From Paramoeba atlantica (taxonomy: Eukaryota > Protista > Discosea): 64,000 bases of DNA. Shown here piece by piece: positions 1 through 11,486 of this stretch (its first letter is position 1; each line of letters begins with the position of its first letter). The stretch is from the NCBI GenBank assembly GCA_977017575.1, contig CDRNVI010000044.1, positions 496,001 through 560,000 on the forward strand, in the 5' to 3' direction. The position numbers and the translations under genes are program-made. The notes beneath the pieces are model-generated. The model had not been told where the DNA came from. It ran no database searches and saw nothing but the letters and a program-made list of their open reading frames with translations.

Positions 1-630
1 CAGACCACTAGAGGTACGATCCGCTTCATCAAAAAAGGTGAAATAAGACTTTATGGCGTTGATCCAACCAAATGTTGACCACAGAAAAGTAACGCGAATA
101 TTAGATTTGTTGAGAAAGTATTCGTGAGATCCATGACGCACTGTTTCAATTGCTGTGGTATTCCCTCCAAATAATTGAAGAAAGGCAACGACCAGTGTGC
201 GTAAATGAGAATTTCCTACAAAAAGAAAAGACTTTCCAACGGCATTGGACAAAATCTGGTGAAGCAGCTCAGAACTCGGATTTTTCACATCGCCGTTTTC
301 GCATATCTCAGAGAGAGATTTTAAAGAGTAGGGCAGCGTTTCGTATAAAGCATACTCCCACTTTGAATTGATCCAGAGTGTTTTCCCACCAGGAACTACC
401 ATTGGGTTACCACACCCGGCAGAAAATTTGGCTTTGGTCGCTACATTCTGATGTGAAGACGAGGTTCGCTGCAAATCTAGATCGAACTTGTGCTTAGGTT
501 TTTCATTAAACGTCCCTCCGTAACTTAGACTTTCATGATAGAAAAGCATTAACACAAATACGCAAGGAATGAAATCGGTAACGGTTATCCTTTCACCCGA
601 AGACTCTGCATTACTGGCGCTTGATTCCAT
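1..630 (-). CDS. SGNH/GDSL-like acyl-esterase family protein (PC-esterase/NXPE-like), probably membrane-anchored; runs off the window start
   Basis: Not in the ORF track. My own translation gives a stop-free minus frame from ATG 630 to base 1: MESSASNAESSGERITVTDFIPCVFVLMLFY...GKSFLFVGNSHLRTLVVAF. It has a hydrophobic N-terminal segment and an FVG(N/D)SHxR block-I-like motif. Confidence 0.55.
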   Translation of the reverse strand, partial: MESSASNAESSGERITVTDFIPCVFVLMLFYHESLSYGGTFNEKPKHKFDLDLQRTSSSHQNVATKAKFSAGCGNPMVVPGGKTLWINSKWEYALYETLPYSLKSLSEICENGDVKNPSSELLHQILSNAVGKSFLFVGNSHLRTLVVAFLQLFGGNTTAIETVRHGSHEYFLNKSNIRVTFLWSTFGWINAIKSYFTFFDEADRTSSGL

Positions 631-1441
631 CGCTCGATTCGTACTGAAGAGTCAGAAGAGCATGATTTACATGTATTGGATGTAGATGGGACGCATAAAA
701 TAACGTTTCCAAAAACACTTGTATTCATCGCACGAATAATACAGTTGTACCAGTTCAATCATTAGACGTGATTAGTACTTATTTAGTAGTATAAGATTTA
801 GTACTATAAGATAGTATTAGTACTGATGTATAGTATTAGTACTGTATTGCATGATGGATGAGAGACAACAAAATTAATAAAACAAAAAACATAGAATCAG
901 AATATTTAAATGCGTTTGTATCAAGGCGGAGCCGAGCGATATGATACGCAACTTTCGCATACCATTCTACAGTATTAAAGGACAGAGCTTTCAAAAAAAC
1001 GTTAACAATTTTTTTTAGTGTAAATGTAAGATTTAAAATAAATGTAAGAAAATCGAAATATAATGAAATTTGAGCCCAGAAAAGGAAGACAAACGTTGCA
1101 TGAGGTAAGTAAAACGTATACTGTATATGACATCAAAGCAGTGAGTTACCGGGTCGAAAAAACTAGACAATGAATTCTTCAGACACTTTGAAAAGGGTAT
1201 ACTTTGAAAGTGTGCTTGAACTACATACTCTTAATTATAAAGAACTGTTCTCAAAAGCTCCACCATGACACACACGAAAAGTAATGCAAATAGAACAAAG
1301 TGCTATATTCTGTGAAAGAGTGCAGCCAAAAGACTCTTAGCGAAGAAATAACTTCCAAAAACGTTGTTATCTAAGGTTCAATTACCAAGGTTTCTTAATC
1401 TTCTCTGGTTCTCGAGTAGTTGCCTTCGACTTACTTATTTG

Positions 1442-2203
1442 TTAACTAGGAATAGGCGGAGCTTCTGAAGCGGGAGATTTACAGAAAGCTTCATCATTGC
1501 AGTGAACGAATCCAAGGGGAGTATGAGGATTATTGCAGTAAGCGTTAAACTCAGGGTTGTAAAGAGGACGCACTCGATTTTCCCTAAGTCTGGCACGAAA
1601 GTATCGTCTTATGACTCGTGAAGGTTCCATCTCGTGCAATCTTTCAGAAACTTGATTGCAAGAAGACAAATTAGAAATTCCGTTATGAGAAGTCTCCGAT
1701 GGAGGAGCCCAGTTTTCCCAAATTCTATCAGATTCTGCAATGATTTCTTCAGTAGCCTGCTCACATCCAGAGATGGCGCGAGAATATAATTTCGCCGTGG
1801 GAATTTTAGATGGGGCTGTTGATAAATTTGGAAATAGAACATCTACTGCGCGTTTATCTGAAAAATCCTTTGATTTGAATGTGTTCACGTTATCAGACAA
1901 TTTCGGCTCACTGGAACTTAGAGGGGCAACACCGGAAGCATTGTTACATGTCGCCTGCTTGGTGGCTGCTTGAGGGCTTGAGTGGTCGAACGGACATTGT
2001 GCCCCACGAGTACACCTTCCAGTGTCCCGAAAAGGGAAACACGCACCACGAGTACCGGTAAGCGGTGTGCCCCGCCTTCCTGATGCCCGAAACGGAGATC
2101 GAAAGTTTTTTTCGGATGCAGGAGTAGAACTGAATTTCTCAGTACGTCCTGCCGAGTCTAGTTCTTCAACGAACTTCTTGCGTGGCCAACTCCGAGAAGA
2201 CAT
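1442..2203 (-). CDS. CCCH zinc-finger protein (ZC3H-like RNA binder, or a gag-like remnant)
   Basis: 253-aa ORF with a canonical C-x8-C-x5-C-x3-H finger (CFPFRDTGRCTRGAQCPFDH). Confidence 0.55.
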   Translation of the reverse strand: MSSRSWPRKKFVEELDSAGRTEKFSSTPASEKNFRSPFRASGRRGTPLTGTRGACFPFRDTGRCTRGAQCPFDHSSPQAATKQATCNNASGVAPLSSSEPKLSDNVNTFKSKDFSDKRAVDVLFPNLSTAPSKIPTAKLYSRAISGCEQATEEIIAESDRIWENWAPPSETSHNGISNLSSCNQVSERLHEMEPSRVIRRYFRARLRENRVRPLYNPEFNAYCNNPHTPLGFVHCNDEAFCKSPASEAPPIPS

Positions 2204-2344
2204 TTAAAAAGGGTTATGGAAGTCGAAAAACTTGACCACAACAACGAAATAACTTATAACCTATGCTTTATTATAGTCTTATTATAGGACTCTTATACCT
2301 ACATAATAATGTATGTCTTATTATCATCTTACCGTATACTACGG

Positions 2345-2415
2345 TATGACTACCGTAGACCCCAAAGTACGATACCCCCTCCCCAGTAAGAGAGATTTGG
2401 CGCTTTTTGAGCTTA
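2345..2415. mobile_element. Fragment of the small TA-flanked MITE family also seen at 41146-41252
   Basis: ccccagtaagagagattt...ctttttgagct matches the reverse complement of 41211-41245; TA|CCGTAG at about 2351 matches the left end of that element. Confidence 0.45.
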
Positions 2416-3783
2416 TCACCAGTAATTGAGATCCGGAGATCGGGGAATCACACTTCCCGCATCGTCATCAAATGGGGGACAAAGTCGAAAACGTCGGCCA
2501 GACAAACTTGTTGAAGAATTCAACCTTGAAGAATTTTACTTCAAAGACATACGGTACCTACGGAACTTCGCCCCAGATGAGCCGACAATTGTGTTATAAA
2601 ACATTATAATATGGTTATATAATATGGGTATATATGTCGTTTGCCGGAGCATTGGATGAGAGATTGCCCGTATAAGAAATCAGGTCCACCAGAATTTCGC
2701 TATCGGGCGGTTGGCAGCGCTCAGCAGAGCGCCAAGACGTTATGAAAAGCCCACCCGGACACTCGGGTGGGGACGCAACCCGGATCCTGTTGCTCCTGAG
2801 TCTCCTCTGGGTTCTCCTCGGGCGACCCGCCATACTCTAAACCCTGACCACGTTGAGGGTATATTGCAAGGTGAGGATATCGCGACCCCTCTTAGCGATT
2901 CCACAAAGTCCGATGTTTCGCAGAAAATCCGGTTTTTACTTACGCGGGGCCACTGGGTATGGATTCGCGTTATTTGGGACCATAAGGATGACAATACACG
3001 TCACACTGTCACGGGACGTGTGTAATTCCTCAATCTGGACGACTCGATGGGTAATGAGTTGAAGGTCCGGTCGGACGATGACCTTGATACGCAGTAGGGT
3101 TTTCCTTTTCCGGACATACGTTGTATGACTACCTGTGAGCTGTACACTACCTCTATACTACCTGTGACCTCGTACCATACCGGGGGGTATGCTAAACCGG
3201 ACCCCCGTTTACTTCAAGGAACCTGAAAACCGCTATGACGAGGGAGAATCCTTAATAAAACCTATCCTTTCTTTGTAGGATTCCTTTTTGGTAGTCAATA
3301 TGCAGATTTAGACATTTTTGAGTAAAAATACCTTAATTGAGAAACAAACCTTAATTAAATAATGCCGTAATAAAATAAAACCGTAATAAAATACGGCTGT
3401 AATTGAATACTGTCCTGCATAAGGAGCAAGAGGATGTTGCAAGAGGATGCTCTAGCAAGAGGACTTTGTTTACATACAAATCAATTTGCGCGTAAAGGTG
3501 TAAAACTTTACTTTTACTGTATCATGTGCTTATTCTACAGCCCAAGTGGTAAATACTATTTCATAAACTAACCTCCCCTATCCGCCAGGCAAAATGCTTA
3601 GCATAGCAGTCAACCCGCCCTAAAAGAGTCCTACGAGGGAGAAATACGAGTTTCGAAACACGTTTTAGTGTTCAGAAAAACATTACTCGAAATAGACAAG
3701 ATGTTCGATCACTCTTTTATCAAACTGAAGACACAATCTAGGAAGAAAATCTAACTCCATCAACTAAAAATTCATTTAGCAGA

Positions 3784-5052
3784 CTAAGACTGACTTCTCA
3801 GGTTTCTGGCCGCGCGCCTCTGTGTTCGGACTTCTAGTCTACGTACAAACTCTGTATGTTCCAGCTCAAACGGACGGCAAGACAAAGGAACGTGTGTCAA
3901 ATTTTCAGCCACTTCGGAATGTCCAGCAACATTGTCAGTATTCTGTAAGGAAATTGTCTGAATTTCCATGTCCATCATGATTTTTACACGAATGAGTGAA
4001 GAAACCAGAATAGGTCCGTAACCTTGTGTGTGATCATGGCTCCTTGATATCATCGAGACGGGCCACCATAGATTCGAAGAAAGGGGTTCTGAAGTCCTTT
4101 GTTTTCCTAAGGACGGGTGAGAAAAATTACTCTTCCTCCACTGAATAGGCGGATCAGAGTTGAATTCACAGAACCACAAGCAGAGTGAGTGTTCATCGGC
4201 AAGTTTATAGACCGGCTTTTTTATAAATATTTGAGGATCCAACAGTTGCTGTACAATATCTGGTCGCTCGAGGCCTCTTCCAACAAGAAACAACACAGAC
4301 ATCATGCAGCGAACTTGGTGATACAAGAAAGCTTTACCTTTGATATGAAAATAAGCAACAGCCTGACCATTTGTTGGACACTGCTCAACAACGAGGTTAA
4401 ATTCCGAAATGTTCCGGATGAAACTGTTCGTCGAACTATTAAGCTGACAAAAATTTCTAAAGTTGTGAGTTCCTACGAAGTACCGTGCAGCACATTGCAT
4501 GCGATCGAGGCTCAGGTCAGAAACAAAAAAATAGTATCTGTATGTTCGAGCAATGCAAGAAAACCGAGCATCAAAATCTTTGCTTACAGGAGCCCATGCA
4601 CGAACGCGTATATCGATTGGAAGAACACGATTCAGCAATCGAACGTAATCATACTCTTTCGCTGTATTGGACTTCGGAAGGTGATCCTTGGCACCGGTCT
4701 CCCACCCTTTTGATCGGACCATGAGAGACACGACGTTCTGAAAAGCACTTACGCCTCGATCCGTCCGTCCACATCTAGAAAATTGAGGCGGTGTTTCATA
4801 GTTCACCGTGCGTTCGGAACTCGAAATATTTTTAGCCTGGGAGGATATTTTTTCAAAACGGCATAAATGAGTTCTCCGCAAAGCATCGAACAACTTTTCT
4901 TCTACTGTGTTCGAATAGTCGGGTTGAAAGTTAAGCCCACCGTAGTTGTGCCCCATATAGCTGAACTGTAGAGCGATTTTATGCTCTTGCTGCGGTTTCG
5001 TTTGCTGAGGTATGGCGGGGTCGTAGCTCAATGCGAAAGGAAGTGCGTCCAT
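3784..5052 (-). CDS. PUS3: tRNA pseudouridine synthase, TruA/Pus3 family
   Basis: IALQFSYMGHNYGG, catalytic CGRTDRGVSA, RTYRYYF, GTHNFRNFC and AFLYHQVRCM motifs. Confidence 0.92.
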   Translation of the reverse strand: MDALPFALSYDPAIPQQTKPQQEHKIALQFSYMGHNYGGLNFQPDYSNTVEEKLFDALRRTHLCRFEKISSQAKNISSSERTVNYETPPQFSRCGRTDRGVSAFQNVVSLMVRSKGWETGAKDHLPKSNTAKEYDYVRLLNRVLPIDIRVRAWAPVSKDFDARFSCIARTYRYYFFVSDLSLDRMQCAARYFVGTHNFRNFCQLNSSTNSFIRNISEFNLVVEQCPTNGQAVAYFHIKGKAFLYHQVRCMMSVLFLVGRGLERPDIVQQLLDPQIFIKKPVYKLADEHSLCLWFCEFNSDPPIQWRKSNFSHPSLGKQRTSEPLSSNLWWPVSMISRSHDHTQGYGPILVSSLIRVKIMMDMEIQTISLQNTDNVAGHSEVAENLTHVPLSCRPFELEHTEFVRRLEVRTQRRAARNLRSQS

Positions 5053-5358
5053 AGATAAAAGTAAGTAATTGTTATTTCTGCATAGCGAATCACAATATCT
5101 ATATAGAGTTATAAAATCTAAATATTTATTTAGAGTTAACTAATGTATTTTTAATAATACGATAAACTATTCAGTGAAGTATGCAAGCTTAGATACTACA
5201 TGTATGTAGATACATGTTAGATACACGTACTTGATAAAACAAGCCTGATTATTATTGATCAAGATGCAATATAATATTATATTGCGATTTCGAGGAGCTT
5301 ATTCAACGAAGCAGTATTCGATGTGTATAACTTTACTTTTCCACTTTGGGGTTATTGA

Positions 5359-8277
5359 TCACGATACGCTGCAAAGCAAGTTGGTGACAAAAGGCGCATT
5401 CGGAACGAAAATATCCTCGCTTTCTTTATGCTTCAAAGAAAGAAAAAGATCTACAAGGGTACGTGCCTGTGGAAGAAGAGAAATATAGGCTTTTTCATCC
5501 GTATGTTTCTTTTTCGGTGCGAATGATCGACTCCTTTTCCTGATGTCCTGTTTGAAATCACGATGGAAGACAAAGGGAGGAGAGAATACGTGGCGACGAC
5601 CCTTATGGTATACGCTATCTAGAATCCGACGAGGATGTCTAAGTGACCAAGATTTGTATTTTATCATTGAGTGATGCTTGCATATCGTTTTTCCAAGTGG
5701 TCGCAGCATAAATTGAACAGGACGTGTCCTAGTCCCATGTAGGCTCACGTTTTGAGAGCGATGTGGAAGCAAACACTGATTTACAATCGTTGGTTTCTCA
5801 CCGCCTAACTCATTCGTAATTTGATCAAGCATTCCTAGAGTTTGTAGCGTTGTTCGAAGTCCTTCGTCATATTGTAGAGCTTTCTTCCATGCCAATATTT
5901 TACTTTGCACGGATTCGAGCTCATTCAACTTTGTAAACGCATTCACAAAGAGCGAGCAATCAGTATTACTACCGAACGTATCATAACGTTTTAAGGCGAG
6001 AAATTGTCCCAAGGGACCAAAAGTCAGAAGAAAACGTTCTAGCGCGTTCATTGCCACGGTCGTGTCGTACATCTCAATTTCGGAAAGAGAATCACTTCGC
6101 TGAAAGCCATACGAAATATTACTCCTCTGTAAATACGGACTTAACTCGCCTGTCAGGCAGGCAATTGCTGGAACACATTGTTGTCGAATTTCGAGAGAAG
6201 GAAGATACCACGAAGGGCGAAAATTCTTAACAACTTGATAATGCCGACCCCAGAGACTTCGTAATGCGACCGAATTGCCATGCTTCTCTGCATACTGAAT
6301 AGCCTTTTCCAAAAGTATTGAGAGTCTCGAAAAATTCTGCGTGAAAAAAAAGAAATCGCATATTCGATGTACGAATACAACGTCTGATACGCCAAAAGAT
6401 TTTAGAGCCTGATCTATGAGATTTGAAATTAGGTTTCCATGATCCTGGAAAAGTTGAACCTCGAGTCGAGACAAAAATAAAAAGACCCTCCATCCAATGC
6501 TCTTGCATTTTGCAATCTCAGTAATTTGATTTCGAAGGAGTACCATAGTACGTTGATCGTGATCCTCATTCGAAGTGTTGGATAATGAATTGCCACTTCT
6601 CGTTTTCACAACAAACGAACGTAACTCTTGCAGTAGAAGTAACTCACGATGCTGAAAATTCAGGTCTGAAGAACAGTATTCATCAAATTCTTTCGAATTC
6701 GAGAGTTCCATATTATGTGCAACTTCAGCGTTTGCTACACTGCTTTTTCCCAGTGCCTGAAAACTGCATGTTTTATTGCCTAAATTATTCGTAGAGTCAC
6801 GCGGATACAAACCGAACGAAGAATTTGTACCTGAAATGCATGCATCCGAATGTTTCCTTCGATGAAGCATAAAAAGGATATGAGAAGATAGCGAAGAGGG
6901 ACATTGAAATTGAGAGGAAAAATAATGTGCGGCGCTCATCTGTATCTCCTGCAGTCTCCGTGGATCCGTAAGAGAGAAGGACGGTATTTTAAAGTCCGAT
7001 TTCGATATCTCAATGTTCCTCAATGCAGGAGAATAAAAGTCAATGATACGGTAGGCCCATTTCTCACACTCTGGTAAAGGGAGTGACTCAACATCGGGGA
7101 TGGTGAACGGGATTCCAGATCTATAATAAGAACGTTGAAAAGAATTAAACATTGCGTCGAGCTGAATGCCGTCCAAGCTACGAGAAGGCAGCACACATTT
7201 ACAGAGGTATGTAATCAGTGAATCGTATTCAGGATCCTTACGCAATCGACGAAGAAGAGATGCATGCTCCGTTATTGGATCACTACTATGTATCAAGGGG
7301 GAGTCAAAATATTGCACCAATAAGAACACGAGGTGTCGTGAATTTTGGGAATCTTTTTGCAAAAGATCATATTCGTGGTGGATCAACATGTTCCAAAGGT
7401 TTGATGATCGTGGGTGAAACTGTACTTCGGTAATAGCTCTTTGGAGAATACGACGTTTCAAACTGCTACTTACCTTGGGCTGGACAACGTTCAGGTAATA
7501 TAAATAAGTTTCCCATAGTGGCAGACTATGGCTGTTCCATAACCATTGCAAGAATTCACGCTTAATAAATTTGAGACTAACATCTACTTCAGTGTACGAC
7601 GGCAATACGGCACGATTTTCAACTGAATCACTGGCGCACGTGGCAAATTCGCTCGAAACGTCAAGATTATTCTGGATTAACAAATGTACGTGAGAAATTT
7701 CACGATCTAGCCATACAGATCGGACGGGATGATTCAATGGGTTATGTGACAAATATGACGCGTATATACTCCTGGATATCTTTAAGGGGAGCTTGTCGCA
7801 CGAATCCAATATGAAACTCCAAGCGATATCAAAATCTGAGCTCTTTATTCCATTATAATGATCAGGCCTTCGCAATTTACGAGCCGCAAACTCTGCACGA
7901 TGATCTATAATAAACTGTAAAGCGTTAATCAAAGTTGGTACTTCCACGGCTTCAACGTCAATAACATCCTCAAGACCCGGATAATAATTTTTTTGTGGGA
8001 TGGACGTTCTAAGAGCAAGCATTTGTGATCCAGAATCGATGCTCCTTGGTGCTATGCAAGATTCTAGGTGAGCAATACTCGATATACTAGAGTCGCATTC
8101 GGATGAGTGCGCGGACAGATCCGTTTTCTTGGGCACCTGGCGTTGACAATAAATATCTTTATCATCTAACTGCGGTGAGTCTTGACAGCAATCTTGCGCA
8201 AGTTCTTTTCCGGAACGCCCCCAAAGTAACCATAAAATGTTCTCTAACGAAATCAGAGAATGGTCAATCGATGTCAT
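5359..8277 (-). CDS. HAT-repeat protein, probably CstF-77/Rna14 (Suf)-like
   Basis: 972 aa with HAT-like helices (LWETYLYY, LWNMLIHHE). The segment VFLFLSRLEVQLFQDH...IDQALKSFG...RLSILLEKAI...LWGRH resembles the C-terminal HAT repeats of CstF-77 by eye. Confidence 0.55.
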   Translation of the reverse strand: MTSIDHSLISLENILWLLWGRSGKELAQDCCQDSPQLDDKDIYCQRQVPKKTDLSAHSSECDSSISSIAHLESCIAPRSIDSGSQMLALRTSIPQKNYYPGLEDVIDVEAVEVPTLINALQFIIDHRAEFAARKLRRPDHYNGIKSSDFDIAWSFILDSCDKLPLKISRSIYASYLSHNPLNHPVRSVWLDREISHVHLLIQNNLDVSSEFATCASDSVENRAVLPSYTEVDVSLKFIKREFLQWLWNSHSLPLWETYLYYLNVVQPKVSSSLKRRILQRAITEVQFHPRSSNLWNMLIHHEYDLLQKDSQNSRHLVFLLVQYFDSPLIHSSDPITEHASLLRRLRKDPEYDSLITYLCKCVLPSRSLDGIQLDAMFNSFQRSYYRSGIPFTIPDVESLPLPECEKWAYRIIDFYSPALRNIEISKSDFKIPSFSLTDPRRLQEIQMSAAHYFSSQFQCPSSLSSHILFMLHRRKHSDACISGTNSSFGLYPRDSTNNLGNKTCSFQALGKSSVANAEVAHNMELSNSKEFDEYCSSDLNFQHRELLLLQELRSFVVKTRSGNSLSNTSNEDHDQRTMVLLRNQITEIAKCKSIGWRVFLFLSRLEVQLFQDHGNLISNLIDQALKSFGVSDVVFVHRICDFFFFTQNFSRLSILLEKAIQYAEKHGNSVALRSLWGRHYQVVKNFRPSWYLPSLEIRQQCVPAIACLTGELSPYLQRSNISYGFQRSDSLSEIEMYDTTVAMNALERFLLTFGPLGQFLALKRYDTFGSNTDCSLFVNAFTKLNELESVQSKILAWKKALQYDEGLRTTLQTLGMLDQITNELGGEKPTIVNQCLLPHRSQNVSLHGTRTRPVQFMLRPLGKTICKHHSMIKYKSWSLRHPRRILDSVYHKGRRHVFSPPFVFHRDFKQDIRKRSRSFAPKKKHTDEKAYISLLPQARTLVDLFLSLKHKESEDIFVPNAPFVTNLLCSVS

Positions 8278-8453
8278 CGTAAGATTTAGAAAAAAATGAA
8301 ACAGAACCTACTTCCCATTTAAATCTGTGCCGTAAAATTATGTTTATCTTCTGTTCGTTTTTGCCGTGGTCGACGTAATATGGGTCTAAAACATTAAGAC
8401 TATAAGAGAATCTGTTAACTTCACTTAGGAGATACGTGTTAGTACAGACTCTC

Positions 8454-11153
8454 TTACGTTATTGAAACGTTAATTTGACTCTTTGATTGTATATCCTCAT
8501 TTGATAAACCAAGGTCATTGCCATTTTGATAAACTTGGTCTAAAGCTTTGCGAATTAAATCAGCTTCCAAACTCCGAGTTTCCATTCCTCGACAGATTAA
8601 TAAAGCATCCATCAGAATTTGACAAGTCTTTTTATTTATGGCAATAAGCTCTACAAGTGGCGCTATCATTTCAACCCACGTTGAAAACGCCCGTAACTGT
8701 TTTTGAAGTTTCAAAAATTCACAGAATATTTCCACGAAATCCTCCGTCGTGTTACAAAAGTCAGAATCATTTATCAGTTCCTTCGTATGAGCAGCTATAA
8801 GCATTTCTAATAGCGATCGAAGAAAAAGAGCACAGTTTCGAATTTCGAATGCATAGCTGTATTCAACAGTATTCAGCACATAAACTAAGCACGGCTTTAT
8901 ATAGTCCGTGACAGAAAGCAGGAGGTCCAAAAAGTTAACACACACTGGAACATCCATTCCCCGAAAACGAATTCGAGGTATCACGAAGGATTCAATAAAC
9001 GAAGAAATATCTTCAATTTTTAGAAATTGACAACGCTGCTTTAGAGAAATGTAGCGCTGAGCTTGTGTTTCAAATTCCGAAATAATGAAGCTTGCACCTT
9101 GAGTACCAGTACTTGGAAGCTTGCTAAGAAGCTCAGCGTCTGTCCATCGCTGATCAGCCCAACCTATGTCATACGCAGATAGCCTCTGGAACTCGATCTC
9201 TGTAGCTGATCCTTCAAGAAAATGAGCCGCGGGAGCAAAAACTCTTCTAAGGACTGCGACAAGCTGAGCGGGAAGAGACGCCTTGTCTATGATGTCTCTA
9301 CGGCTTTCCGATAAAGCAGGTTCAAATTCAGGTGTGGGTAGCACGGCCTCTTTCCTGTCCTGTTCACTGGTACTCGATGACAATACAGATTTGCCGGAAA
9401 GAGTAATGTGGCTAAACTCCTCTTGCGATATACCTTGCGAGATTTCCAGGAGGGCATGTAAGAGTTGTCGGATAGCTCCATCGTAAGGTTCAGACTGCTG
9501 AACTGTGTCTCGATTGGAGGTATCTGTGTGGTAAATGCGTGAATACAATTGTGCTACTTCAAGGGTTAATAAGAAATGAGTTTCACTCCCGGCGCCCAAC
9601 AAGTAGCTAAGCGCCCTTTGTCTTGGTCGTAGTTTAACGGCTGATGCGCCATAAAAAGCGAACAGGTATGCGACTGGGCCAACCATTAACCCGGCCAAAT
9701 TTCCACTCTGCATACACAAGTTTCTGGTTGAGGACGAACAAGTGTCTGTAATTGCAACGAAAGCGGTAGCGACTGTATGTGCAGTTCTAGAAAGTGATAA
9801 TGGTTGACTTTCGAGGTTTAGAGCCCTCATAATACGAAGAACAATTTGGGCAAAGGAATCCCAATCTAGAAGAGAATTTTCATGCAATAGTTTAAACAAA
9901 GATACTTGATTTGATGCTGACTTATCTCGTTCAGAAGAAGGATCATTCTTAATATCGTCCATCAAAGATCGAGTTAAAAGCCTTTCAACAGCGTTGTAGA
10001 GCATTTCGCGCATCACAAAGTCGTCGCGAAAATTTTGCAGCTCATTCACTATCCAGTCCATACCTTTTCCGGAACGACGTCCTGGATAAGATGTTTGCCA
10101 ACTCAGCATGTACACAAAGGTTGAAGGAAAATTTCTCCACAATACCCCCTTTCTAGGGAAATAAGTCGCGCTCTGGGCGTTATCATCAACTTCATCCTTG
10201 AAATTGGGATATTCTTCTAAAAAGTTGTACAACCTCAGGCGTTCTTCACGGTCCCGCGTGACTGTTCTGCATATCATAAAAAAGCTTGTAATAATGGACC
10301 GGTTTTCTGGAAGCCCCAGTTGAGTAGGATCAGCGTGAAGTAAAGATGGAATAAGGGTGCAATAGGCGAAATACTTCAATCCGCATGACACGCCTTCCGA
10401 AAGTGAAAGTAAGTGCACCGAAGCGGTGCGAAGAGATGAAAGGTTTTTGGAAAAATAAACAGGATTAATGTGCTTCAAAAAGCGACATAGCATAGATATA
10501 TTTTCTTCAGCTATTATACATGGCAACAAGCGAGCACTGACGTCTTCTGAGAAGTAACCCAGGAAAGATTCGATGCTTGTGTATGCGGCCAAGAAATTCT
10601 TTGACTTGATTTTATCTAAAAGGAAGCGCCTCAAGCAAGGACCGTCCTCAAAATTCTGAGGCGGTGAAAGGTTTGCCAGTTGGGACAAGTCTCCGATTAA
10701 GGCATAAAGGCTAGACGATAAAGGTGGGGCTTTGCACTGTTGATCTTTCGAATTTGATGCTGCGGCACCAGATAATAATCTCTCGACCAAGTGTATATCA
10801 CCGTATTGCAAAAAGTTATTATTGACACAAAAGTCAAATAGTGACAGACTACGTGGAGGTTCAAATTTGCTTAGTGCAAGACAAATCATTTTCACATCCA
10901 GAAAAAGTAGAAGACGCTTTGTAAATTCAAGATTCAAAAACCCATTGATGTTTTCAGATTGAAAAAGGAGAAAAGCAATATCATTTTGGTGCATATTAGT
11001 CTCCGCAATTAGTTGATGGACACTACTGCGAAGTGATTCTTTCTGATCGCTTGTTACTGGATGAGATGTTTCCACAAGGACGCATAAACGTACCCAAGCA
11101 TCATGCTCCAGAAAATTCAAGGAATTCGTCTTCAACGATATCAAATTATTCAT
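8454..11153 (-). CDS. Large hypothetical alpha-helical protein
   Basis: 899-aa intact ORF co-oriented with its neighbours; Leu-rich; no family recognised. Confidence 0.7.
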   Translation of the reverse strand: MNNLISLKTNSLNFLEHDAWVRLCVLVETSHPVTSDQKESLRSSVHQLIAETNMHQNDIAFLLFQSENINGFLNLEFTKRLLLFLDVKMICLALSKFEPPRSLSLFDFCVNNNFLQYGDIHLVERLLSGAAASNSKDQQCKAPPLSSSLYALIGDLSQLANLSPPQNFEDGPCLRRFLLDKIKSKNFLAAYTSIESFLGYFSEDVSARLLPCIIAEENISMLCRFLKHINPVYFSKNLSSLRTASVHLLSLSEGVSCGLKYFAYCTLIPSLLHADPTQLGLPENRSIITSFFMICRTVTRDREERLRLYNFLEEYPNFKDEVDDNAQSATYFPRKGVLWRNFPSTFVYMLSWQTSYPGRRSGKGMDWIVNELQNFRDDFVMREMLYNAVERLLTRSLMDDIKNDPSSERDKSASNQVSLFKLLHENSLLDWDSFAQIVLRIMRALNLESQPLSLSRTAHTVATAFVAITDTCSSSTRNLCMQSGNLAGLMVGPVAYLFAFYGASAVKLRPRQRALSYLLGAGSETHFLLTLEVAQLYSRIYHTDTSNRDTVQQSEPYDGAIRQLLHALLEISQGISQEEFSHITLSGKSVLSSSTSEQDRKEAVLPTPEFEPALSESRRDIIDKASLPAQLVAVLRRVFAPAAHFLEGSATEIEFQRLSAYDIGWADQRWTDAELLSKLPSTGTQGASFIISEFETQAQRYISLKQRCQFLKIEDISSFIESFVIPRIRFRGMDVPVCVNFLDLLLSVTDYIKPCLVYVLNTVEYSYAFEIRNCALFLRSLLEMLIAAHTKELINDSDFCNTTEDFVEIFCEFLKLQKQLRAFSTWVEMIAPLVELIAINKKTCQILMDALLICRGMETRSLEADLIRKALDQVYQNGNDLGLSNEDIQSKSQINVSIT

Positions 11154-11486
11154 GTTTCTGTGAAATATGGAACTAGAAAAAATATAACGAATACGTACGT
11201 AAAAAGTATGTATGACATTTGTTGCTTACTAGCGGAAGGAACTAGCATCAGATAAAATAAAGATTTGTTTCTCTCTTATATTCATAGCCTATACAATGTA
11301 CGTGTATGATGCACACTAAGTACTGTATGTCTACACTCCTCGTATCATTAGTTTTTCCTCAAAACAAGAGCGAAGAAATATAATATAAACCTGAAATCGG
11401 ATGAACGCTGTGAAAATTAGCCAAACATTGATTTCTCTGCGAGATGTCTTCTAACATCACGGGTCCTCATTTTGACAAATTCCTGA

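Noticed and set aside
3424-3463. GCAAGAGGA three times
   Set aside because: Short local tandem with no further structure.
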